A stretch of DNA of 64,000 nucleotides, taken from Clostridia bacterium (GTDB lineage Bacteria; Bacillota; Clostridia; Christensenellales; Borkfalkiaceae). Positions 30,301-37,399 of the stretch are shown piece after piece (position 1 is the first letter of the stretch; the number at the start of each line of letters is the position of its first letter). The stretch is from the NCBI GenBank assembly GCA_017467345.1, contig JAFTSI010000047.1, positions 2,360-66,359 on the forward strand, written 5' to 3'. Position numbers and translations under genes: made by a program. A model generated the notes under the pieces. That model saw only the letters and a program-made list of their open reading frames with translations, did no database searches and was not told the origin of the DNA.

Positions 30301-31368
30301 GCTTGTTACAATGTAATGTGCTATGGCTCTACTAACGCAACAAGTGGTGGCCCAATGTATGATGGTGGCAACACTACATACACCAAAAACAACAGCGAAG
30401 ACCAAATTAGTCTTTACACCGAAAACGGTGTTCCTGCTGCTCCATTTAACGAAATTGCAATAGGTAGTGGTAGTTCTGGTGTTAATATGACTTTGGGTGA
30501 AGACTTATCTTTCTCTTATAAGTTCATTCTTAAAACTGGCTATACTAACCCTGTAGTTCACTATTCGTTCAATGGTAGAAATGTTGAAACTACTGCAACT
30601 CAAAATAGTGATGGTAGTTACACTGCAAGATTTACTGGTATTGCTCCTCAAGACCTTAACGATACATTAACCGTAAGCAAGGTCGTTGCAAAAGATGCTT
30701 TGGGTAACAGTGTTAATTTAAGGCTCTACTGGGCTAAAGAATCTTATGTTCCAATGAATTACCTTACCGAATTAAAGGCAAGCGATAGTTCAGTAAAAAC
30801 TCAAAAGATTGTTGTTAACTTGCTCAACTACGGCGCAGCAGCACAAACATATTTAGGTCACGATACAACAAACCTTGCAAATGCAGGCTTGTCAAGTGCA
30901 GACCAAACTAATTACGCTATCGCATATGATGCTAATGCAGTATCTGCAAGCGCAGTTCGTTCGCTTACTGGAACGGCAGTAAATAGTGTTAAGTTTGATA
31001 GCGCAAGAATTTACTACTCAAATAAACTTGGCTTTGGTATAATCTTTAAGGTTGCTAACGGCACAAGTGGAGCAGTTGCTCTTAATGTTACAAACGGTAG
31101 TGTAAATGTTGATATTACTGACTTTGTTCAATCTTGGGACGACGGTGCTTACACTTACTATGTAGCAATTTACGAAGGTGTTAATCCAAATGCCCTTGCC
31201 ACGGAGTTTAACTTTACCGTTAAAATTGATGGTGTGGCAGTAGGTCAAGTGCTTAACTACAATGTATACGCAAATATGGCAATGCTTGCAGGTGCAAACG
31301 ATAACAACGCTAAATTGCTCAAAGCGCTTTACTCTTATAGTGAAGCAGTAAAAGCATATAATGCTTAA
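27397..31368 (+). CDS. Large secreted protein (1323 aa): 2x novel about 220-aa domain + SGNH/SASA-type carbohydrate (sialate-like) O-acetylesterase domain + C-terminal beta-sandwich modules
   Basis: Signal peptide present. The domain pair is homologous to 23705..26983. The motifs GQVWLCSGQSNM, GLVWYQGCAD and NTIHPMDK are characteristic of the SASA/DUF303 9-O-acetylesterase family. Confidence 0.8.
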   Translation: MSFKAKRTSLIVLIVLLVVSLFGAVCFGLTGKTNTADAYVKTIRYGSNGVYDYNINHWKNGQGQRVSGQPENGGTWWFGYGDINTTSSSWTQTATFNSGNIGFYDPASGGSGAQHAHNYFWGFNAATRSYASASTQTMFKYLAEADGFVKLSGIISKHVYNGVHQFGLNNEGTDAVWLNFDWGAQASSWTWNDGASFTIGIWRVTSAGKVACVDEQTFTSAFRYDVNPNGNSIAVETGDILYVTIKCNNPGTGKGDWDNTCLTLLSSEFTEYTAPSTAYADTAVAGSTYYSHMTGQKVRNEGETSGYWRYGYGDATNGGTYTFTEMTYGASGTDTYRYTSSTSHNIFWAYQVKTGLYSTSNTQTFYEWTAEADGAVSFTGLVKKADSNTRVLTSYQNNTAKISTSVQFDQNQFGWTNGDSYTLTMYQVTKAGAVSVLFEQTFTKEFALLIPTVSIHVATGDRIVFGYKCNALVGTDTSAVIAIKAKVTDAAPALAQTYLNKMVLQANANTKINGFGIADKTVEVTVKDSSSNTIQTKTGVVASSGDWTVTLDPMASSFDSKTVEIKYTDGTIVKTLTDVRTGQVWLCSGQSNMAYTLAALITDRKTGADPWHMTNDEVKAAGLGEYIDNYSTDVYSKVRLYQVGYNSKPNGVDKTGTPYQYTSTQWAESETLQQWMGYSAYALGFAFRLQQASGEPVGVIVSAVGGSSIEEWLSSSTITNEGLSGEIYHSQTSKPQSHLYNGMMYPIRNSTVSGLVWYQGCADRGWNDDDTATAAQGSVKVWTTSYSKKMVAFAKQVRSEFGENLPIIVQQLAQDKASSNIKRMWQTQWDLQNKVSNLYVSTGVGAGLPYSYALGGDPTDYANTIHPMDKYGISKNAANIAMRYVYGDLTSPGVAAYPSAIYKSGSNVIIDYGASESDAGYKLVLKNYSTVTNLEAYNGSAWVKVSGATIDGTRVIIPNGSSYTKVRYACYNVMCYGSTNATSGGPMYDGGNTTYTKNNSEDQISLYTENGVPAAPFNEIAIGSGSSGVNMTLGEDLSFSYKFILKTGYTNPVVHYSFNGRNVETTATQNSDGSYTARFTGIAPQDLNDTLTVSKVVAKDALGNSVNLRLYWAKESYVPMNYLTELKASDSSVKTQKIVVNLLNYGAAAQTYLGHDTTNLANAGLSSADQTNYAIAYDANAVSASAVRSLTGTAVNSVKFDSARIYYSNKLGFGIIFKVANGTSGAVALNVTNGSVNVDITDFVQSWDDGAYTYYVAIYEGVNPNALATEFNFTVKIDGVAVGQVLNYNVYANMAMLAGANDNNAKLLKALYSYSEAVKAYNA

Positions 31369-31382
31369 TAGGAGGCAAAGTT

Positions 31383-31529
31383 ATGAACAAGAAAATGTAT
31401 GAAACTTGTGAAATTGAAATCTTAACATTTACTGACGAAGATGTTATGGGCGCAAGTGGTTTCGTTGGCGAAGGTGACGATTTAACTTCTGCAGGCGAAC
31501 AAACTCTTAACGGTTGGAGCAATTTATAA
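31383..31529 (+). CDS. Unannotated small ORF, 48-aa acidic peptide (MNKKMYETCEIEILTFTDEDVMGASGFVGEGDDLTSAGEQTLNGWSNL)
   Basis: An AGGAGG RBS lies 8 nt upstream, immediately after the esterase stop codon. A strong terminator follows. Too short for the ORF track. Confidence 0.45.
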   Translation: MNKKMYETCEIEILTFTDEDVMGASGFVGEGDDLTSAGEQTLNGWSNL

Positions 31530-31547
31530 GTTTAAACTAAATTAAGG

Positions 31548-31581
31548 TTTCCGCCCGAATTTCGGGCGGAAACTGTGTTTT
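31548..31581 (+). terminator. Intrinsic terminator
   Basis: 10-bp stem tttccgcccg/cgggcggaaa followed by a T-rich tail. Confidence 0.75.
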
Positions 31582-31668
31582 AAGGCCGTTTGTATAATTT
31601 TTTATTGATAGTAAATAATATCAATATTGTATAAACGCGCTTAAAACCCATTTTTTAAGGATTTAATT

Positions 31669-31839
31669 ATGAAAAAACTACTTATTTTGATTTTAGCATT
31701 AATGCTTTCCTTATCGCTTTTCGCGTGTGATAAGCCTAAGGGTAACGGAAACGGTGGTGGTGAAAACGGCACTACTCAAGAACAACCAAGCGATACTGGT
31801 AATCCTGATATTGAGTTGCCATTTTTACCTGCACTTTAA
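31669..31839 (+). CDS. Unannotated small lipoprotein, 56 aa (MKKLLILILALMLSLSLFAC|DKPKGNGNGGG...)
   Basis: Signal peptide with lipobox LFAC and a Gly/Asn-rich mature part. It has its own terminator at 31871..31901. The RBS is weak (AAGGA). Confidence 0.5.
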   Translation: MKKLLILILALMLSLSLFACDKPKGNGNGGGENGTTQEQPSDTGNPDIELPFLPAL

Positions 31840-31870
31840 TATTTTAAAAGTTAATAAATAGTTTTATATC

Positions 31871-31901
31871 AAAAAGCCGTGGCATTTTGCCACGGCTTTT
31901 T
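31871..31901 (+). terminator. Intrinsic terminator
   Basis: Stem aaaaagccgtggca/tgccacggcttttt. Confidence 0.8.
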
Positions 31902-31928
31902 AGTTTTGTTTTTTATCTAACTATAAAA

Positions 31929-32153
31929 AGTTATATTTGCCTTTCGGCAAGTGATATGCAAAACAAGTTTTGCGTGATATTCACCTTATGGTGAGTGATA
32001 TTTTGGCTTGCGCCAAAGTTGTGGTTTAAATTATAATTTATACCAAAACTTTTATGAGGAAAGCGAATAAAAATATAACTCCGTTTTGCTTGCAAAACGG
32101 AATATAACTGTGCGTAGCACAATATCACTTTTTCTTTTAGAAAAAATATAACT
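31929..32153. repeat. Motif/hairpin array D: mirror-symmetric, 4 forward motifs + central hairpin + 4 reverse motifs
   Basis: See the findings for the unit-by-unit parse with coordinates. Confidence 0.8.
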
Positions 32154-32182
32154 AAAAAACGCATCCATTTCGGTTGCGTTTT
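32154..32182 (-). terminator. Terminator of the AraC-family gene
   Basis: Stem aaaacgca/tgcgtttt with a T-run on the minus strand. Confidence 0.6.
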
Positions 32183-32185
32183 ATT

Positions 32186-33115
32186 CTATTTAAGTCCACC
32201 TATAAAACTTCTGTTTAAGAACTCATCACGGAAAGCAGATGGGGTAGTGCCCGTTTGAGTTTTGAATTCGTATATTAGGTGCTGGCGGTTATTAAAACCT
32301 GCCCTTGCGCATATTTCGTTAATGGTAAGGTTTGTGTCAATTAATAACTGTTTGCACTTTTCAATACGGAAGTTATTGAGCGATTGAATAACACTCATAC
32401 CAACATGCGCTTTGAAAAGCCTTTGTAAGTATGCCTTATTAATTCCTGCCGCCTTTGCCACATCATCAACGGTAACATTTTTATGGAAATTGTTTTTAAT
32501 ATAGTCTTGCGCCTTTTTAATGTAAATAATACCAGTTGAAACGGTAGAGGGGAGCAAGCACTTATCAAGTTCAATAAGCGCTTGTAAAAAGTTAGTTAAA
32601 TCGTTTATTTCGCGCGCCATATCTTGTTCGTTTCCAACTAAACCATGCAAATATTTTACAAGTGTGTTTTCAAGGTTTCCAGAGTCAAGCGCAGAAACAT
32701 AGCAATCACTATTATAAGTAAAGCGTTTAAGCCCTTCAAGTTTATCAAAAAAGCCCCTAATATCAACGCTTATAAGTGCGCCTGCGTTGTATTCATACTC
32801 TTTAACGGGAACAAGTTTCAACCTAATAGATAAAACTACTGATGGCTCTAAAGATTTAACTTGGTATTTATACTTAACACCTGCATCAATAATCGCAAAT
32901 TGCTTTTGACCAAGTTCAATAACAGTTTTGTTTTTCTTTGATTTGCCGTTCTCACCAAGTATTTCAAGGTCAATTAAACCACTTCTGCAATATATAAGGT
33001 CAACAGTTTCGTTATATAGTATAGAAGATGAATAATTTGGCTCAAATTTAGAGTTTGAATAGTCAATCGGCACAAAGTAGACATTTTGAAACGTATGCAT
33101 CCTATCGTATGTCAT
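32186..33115 (-). CDS. AraC-family transcriptional regulator (cupin-like N-domain + AraC HTH)
   Basis: The C-terminal double HTH reads VTVDDVAKAAGINKAYLQRLFK...INEICARAGFNNRQHLIYEFK..TG.TPSAFR. Confidence 0.85.
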   Translation of the reverse strand: MTYDRMHTFQNVYFVPIDYSNSKFEPNYSSSILYNETVDLIYCRSGLIDLEILGENGKSKKNKTVIELGQKQFAIIDAGVKYKYQVKSLEPSVVLSIRLKLVPVKEYEYNAGALISVDIRGFFDKLEGLKRFTYNSDCYVSALDSGNLENTLVKYLHGLVGNEQDMAREINDLTNFLQALIELDKCLLPSTVSTGIIYIKKAQDYIKNNFHKNVTVDDVAKAAGINKAYLQRLFKAHVGMSVIQSLNNFRIEKCKQLLIDTNLTINEICARAGFNNRQHLIYEFKTQTGTTPSAFRDEFLNRSFIGGLK

Positions 33116-33461
33116 TTTTTATCACCTATTCTTTTGATTTTTTAACGGAAAAAAGCCGTTTTTATTAGTATACATCATATTTTTTTGCTTGTCTATACTT
33201 TTTGATTAAAAAGTTGATTTTTTTATTACAAATCACTTTAATTTTGCGATTTTTTCTTACACGGGCTAACTTTTTTTGTCAATTTTTTGCCAAAAGTTTG
33301 TGCAAAAAGTTTAAGTGTGTTTTTTATTGTTTATGTATGAATAAATGACATTATTATTTAAATAATGTTGACTATGTTGACTGTATAATATAAAATATTA
33401 TAAGAAATGGAGTATTTTGCTCTTTTTAAAAAAACACTAAATGCATTAGGGGGTAAAACTT

Positions 33462-34451
33462 TTGAAAAAGACTAACGAAATTGCAATTCCAGAAGTAGTC
33501 GCAGAAGCTCGTAAGCATAAGTGGAAACGCCTTGGAAAAAAGATATGGGAATACAAACTCATCTACTTTATGATGTTGCCTGTAATTATCTCATATTTGC
33601 TTTTTTCTTACTATCCTATGTATGGTATCTTGCTTGCATGGAAAGAAAAACTTTCGCCAAGTAAAGGTATATTAGGCAGTAAGTGGGCAGACCCATTATG
33701 GCACAACTTTACCGACTTGTTTAAAACACAAGCATTCTTAACGGCTATTAAGAACACCCTTGTAATCAGTTTGCTTAAAATTTGTTTCATGTTCCCAGCA
33801 CCTATCGTTGTTGGACTATTAATGAACGAATGTAAAGCAGAGGGCTACAAGAAAGGTATCCAAACCGTTATTTATCTACCTAACTTCTTATCGTGGGTTA
33901 TAATCGGAACTATCGTTAAAGATATCTTTGGTTACGACGGCGTTATAAGCAGTTTAAGAGAGATGTTTGGTATAGGTTCACGGGTAGACTATATGGAAAA
34001 CAGCGATATGTATTATTTCGTGCTGATAGCCGTGTCTATAATCAAGGAAACTGGTTGGAACACCATCATCTATATGGCGGCAATATCTGCGGTATCGCCC
34101 ACGCTTTACGAAGCAGGCACTATTGACGGATGCGGAAGATTTAGATTGATGTGGAATGTTACGATACCTTGTATAATGCCAGTTATAATTCTTCAATTCT
34201 TGCTTGCTATCGGTAATATTATGAACGCAGGTTTTGACGCAGTATTTAACACATACCGTGAAGATACTTGGGAAGTGAGTGATATTCTTGATACATACAT
34301 CTACCGTGAAGGTATTTTACAAGCAACCAACTGGCCGTTCGGTACTGCAGCAGGCTTGTTTAAGTCAATTATCAACTTTGCATTGCTTATGACTGCTAAC
34401 ACTATCGTTAAGAAGATTAACGGTCAAGGTATTTACGATTTGGGTGACTAA
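33462..34451 (+). CDS. Carbohydrate ABC transporter permease (LplB-type)
   Basis: 6-TM MalF-like permease with EAA loop EAGTIDGCGRFRLMWNVTIP. TTG start with a GGGGG RBS. Confidence 0.85.
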   Translation: MKKTNEIAIPEVVAEARKHKWKRLGKKIWEYKLIYFMMLPVIISYLLFSYYPMYGILLAWKEKLSPSKGILGSKWADPLWHNFTDLFKTQAFLTAIKNTLVISLLKICFMFPAPIVVGLLMNECKAEGYKKGIQTVIYLPNFLSWVIIGTIVKDIFGYDGVISSLREMFGIGSRVDYMENSDMYYFVLIAVSIIKETGWNTIIYMAAISAVSPTLYEAGTIDGCGRFRLMWNVTIPCIMPVIILQFLLAIGNIMNAGFDAVFNTYREDTWEVSDILDTYIYREGILQATNWPFGTAAGLFKSIINFALLMTANTIVKKINGQGIYDLGD

Positions 34452-34465
34452 GGAGGGAAAGTGAT

Positions 34466-35395
34466 ATGGCAAAGAAACAAAAAAGAATTCCTATTACCGT
34501 AGCTCCTGATGGAGCAATACTTCATACTGACGGTGTTGTAAAGCCCAAAACTGACTGGTTTGACTATGTAAACTATGTAATCTTATTCGTGTTTGCCTTC
34601 TTGTGTTTATTCCCAGTTATAAATGTTGTGCTTACATCATTTGCAACTGAAGAAGACTATTTTAAGTATAGTTTCTTAGTAATTCCCGAACATTTCTGTA
34701 TTGATGCATATAGATTTATGTTCCAAAAGGGAATAGGTAGGTCGCTTATCAACTCTTTAATGGTAACTGCAATCGGTGTTTTGTATAACATGCTTATGAC
34801 ATCACTTGGCGCGTATGCAATGACCAAAAAGGATTTACCATTTAGAAAACCTTTCTTAACGCTCATACTTATCACCATGTTCTTTGGTGGTGGCGTAATC
34901 CCCTTCTACATTGTATTAGAAGACTTAGGTTTCGTTGATAACTTACTTGGCGTAGTAATACCTTTCGGTATCAATACCTTTAATATGATACTTTTAAGGA
35001 ACTTCTTCTCAAATGTTCCTGAAGAAGTTATAGAATCTGCAAAGATTGACGGGTCAGGCGAAACCAGAATCCTATTCGGTATGGTTATTCCACTATCTCT
35101 TGCAGGTATGGCAACCATCGCGCTCTTCTATTTCGTAGAACGCTGGAACGACTGGTATTGGCCACTTCTCTTATTAACGAAAGACGAACTTAAAACCTTA
35201 CCACTCCGTTTGAGAGAGTTTATGGAAAAATCTGAAAACCAAAACTACGCAGACGGTGCAGACGGTGGCTTGAGTTTTGAATTAAGTAGAAACTACGCAA
35301 CGGTAGTTATAACCATTATTCCTATCTTCTGCGTATATCCATTCGTTCAAAAGTATTTCGTTAAAGGCGTTATGCTTGGCTCTGTAAAGAGTTAA
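34466..35395 (+). CDS. Carbohydrate ABC transporter permease (LplC-type)
   Basis: EAA loop ESAKIDGSGETRILFGMVIPLS in a MalG-like permease. Confidence 0.85.
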   Translation: MAKKQKRIPITVAPDGAILHTDGVVKPKTDWFDYVNYVILFVFAFLCLFPVINVVLTSFATEEDYFKYSFLVIPEHFCIDAYRFMFQKGIGRSLINSLMVTAIGVLYNMLMTSLGAYAMTKKDLPFRKPFLTLILITMFFGGGVIPFYIVLEDLGFVDNLLGVVIPFGINTFNMILLRNFFSNVPEEVIESAKIDGSGETRILFGMVIPLSLAGMATIALFYFVERWNDWYWPLLLLTKDELKTLPLRLREFMEKSENQNYADGADGGLSFELSRNYATVVITIIPIFCVYPFVQKYFVKGVMLGSVKS

Positions 35396-35447
35396 TAAAA
35401 AAAATAAAAAAAATTAATTTTTGTAAATAATTTGGAGGTAACTTTAT

Positions 35448-37316
35448 ATGAGTAAACTTTGGAAAAAAATACTCGGTATTGGTTGTGCAGCTGTAATTGG
35501 CTGTTCTGCACTCGTTGGCTGCGGTGGCGGCGGCGGTGGCGGCGGTTCAAACGCTGGTAATGCTGGTAGCATTGAAAACTATCAATGGGTAGATGACCCT
35601 GATTTTGAAGCAATTGATATTATGGATAGAAACGTTTACGACGGTGGTAAGGGTATGGACGACGGAAAGTTGACCATATATCACTGGATGGTAAACTCAC
35701 TTGGTAGTGTTGATAAGGCAAACATGCCTATCTACAATATCTTAAAAGAAGCAAACGGTGGTTTTGATATGGAAGCAACTTCTATTTCTGACTGGGAAAC
35801 CAACCTTGCAACCCTTTACGGAACTGGAAACCTTCCTGATATCTTCGTTCATATGGGACCTGAAAGACCTGAAGACTATCAACAATTTATTGAAGAAGGT
35901 GTTTTACTTCCTATTTCAGACTTCGTAGATGAAGACAACTGGCCTAACATTGCTAATCACTTAAAGAAATTTGACTACTTGCGTGGTAACCTTCCATATG
36001 CAGAAGGTAGACACTGGTCAATCCCTGTTGATTGGACTTTGGAACACACAATGTATGTTCGTTTAGACTGGATTGCAAACCTTAACAAAACTGCTAAACT
36101 TACCGAAATACTTACTGATGAATTAGGTCATGCACCAAATGCACAAGAACTTGCTCAAGGTAAGTTTACTGAAACTGGTCCTAAGGATTTACTTGAATTC
36201 TACAGACTCAGCCGTGCATTTACTTTATATGACCCTGATGAAGATGGTGATGATAATACCTATGGTTATACCGATTCTCGTTACGAAGACTTCTTTGCAG
36301 ACTGCTGGATTTTTGAAGCATTTGACGCAGGTTATGACCGTATGGTTAACTTTGGAACAGAAGACGAACCCGACTTTAAGTCAAGCTGGGCAAACGACAA
36401 CACCAAGAAAGCAGTTGCTTTCATGAACAACCTCTTCAAGAACGGCTATATGGACCCTGCTTTCGCATCTAACTCTATGGCTGACAAGCAAGACAAGTTC
36501 TGCAAAGGCGAAGTTGGTATGATTGAAGGTCACGCATGGTATAACACCATCTTAACTTCTTTCTTATCTGCAAACAACTCTAAGGGTTGGACTATTGAAC
36601 AAGCAAGTGAAAAGATTGGCGTATTCAATCCTCCTAAGGGCGAAAACGGCACTTATGGTATTAAGGGTAACCCCAACTTCTGGACTGTTATGTGTATCAA
36701 CGCAGGTCTTTCTGACGACGAAGTAGTTGCTGCTCTTGACTTATTTGATTTCCTTTTAAGTGATGAAGGTGGCGACATTATGCGTTACGGCGTAGAAGGA
36801 ACTCACTACACCTTAGATAACACCAAATCAGATTACACCAAGTATGTAGCAAAGGGCGCTTTATTACAAAAAGACACTAAGGGCTTTAACTACACACTTC
36901 AACAAGTAGACTACGCTGCACAACTCAGCGCAATCTGCAACCTTTCTGACGGTTACTACAGCCCATATCAAACCAACGCTGGTAAGATTATCGACCTTAT
37001 GGATTCTGCAGATGAATATGCAACATACGAAGAATATCCATTCTTATCACCAGACTTATATGTAGAACACTGGCAAGAACTTAAGAGCGAAGCACAAAAA
37101 GACTTCTTAACCATGATTAAAACTCCAGCAGGAACTGCAGCAGTAAAAGGCGCAGGATTAACATGGCCTGCTCTTAACAATATGGCATCAAGTGGATTTA
37201 ATTCTTCTTGGAACACCTATATGAATAAGTTTGACAGCCTTGGCGGAAACGACATGGTTGAAGAATACAACGAAACTGTAACTCCTACCACGGCAGTAAG
37301 ATTCGTTAAAGCGTAA
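35448..37316 (+). CDS. Large extracellular solute-binding lipoprotein (LplA-type, 622 aa)
   Basis: Lipobox ALVGC followed by a Gly run. Its size and position after the two permeases are typical of LplABC glycan importers. Confidence 0.8.
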   Translation: MSKLWKKILGIGCAAVIGCSALVGCGGGGGGGGSNAGNAGSIENYQWVDDPDFEAIDIMDRNVYDGGKGMDDGKLTIYHWMVNSLGSVDKANMPIYNILKEANGGFDMEATSISDWETNLATLYGTGNLPDIFVHMGPERPEDYQQFIEEGVLLPISDFVDEDNWPNIANHLKKFDYLRGNLPYAEGRHWSIPVDWTLEHTMYVRLDWIANLNKTAKLTEILTDELGHAPNAQELAQGKFTETGPKDLLEFYRLSRAFTLYDPDEDGDDNTYGYTDSRYEDFFADCWIFEAFDAGYDRMVNFGTEDEPDFKSSWANDNTKKAVAFMNNLFKNGYMDPAFASNSMADKQDKFCKGEVGMIEGHAWYNTILTSFLSANNSKGWTIEQASEKIGVFNPPKGENGTYGIKGNPNFWTVMCINAGLSDDEVVAALDLFDFLLSDEGGDIMRYGVEGTHYTLDNTKSDYTKYVAKGALLQKDTKGFNYTLQQVDYAAQLSAICNLSDGYYSPYQTNAGKIIDLMDSADEYATYEEYPFLSPDLYVEHWQELKSEAQKDFLTMIKTPAGTAAVKGAGLTWPALNNMASSGFNSSWNTYMNKFDSLGGNDMVEEYNETVTPTTAVRFVKA

Positions 37317-37399
37317 TTTAAGCAACGGCTTAATTAAGTAACATACAAAACAAATTAACAACAAGGGCAAGGTTCAAAGCCTTGCCCAAGGAGGATATT

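Noticed and set aside
23360-32080. An invertible promoter or phase-variation switch formed by the 85-bp inverted repeats
   Set aside because: Each enclosed gene appears to have its own promoter and terminator inside the segment, and no recombinase is nearby. Inversion would therefore not obviously switch expression. It is kept only as a lower-interest finding about cassette structure.
20174-32153. Whether the motif/hairpin arrays are CRISPR arrays
   Set aside because: The conserved unit is only 7-9 nt, and the variable parts are 10-20-nt self-complementary hairpins rather than 30-40-nt unique spacers. Motif orientation flips within an array. No cas genes are present in the window.
35524-35547. 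GGY trinucleotide run (ggtggcggcggcggtggcggcggt)
   Set aside because: It encodes the poly-Gly linker immediately after the lipobox cysteine of the solute-binding lipoprotein. This is an ordinary flexible tether, not an independent repeat element.
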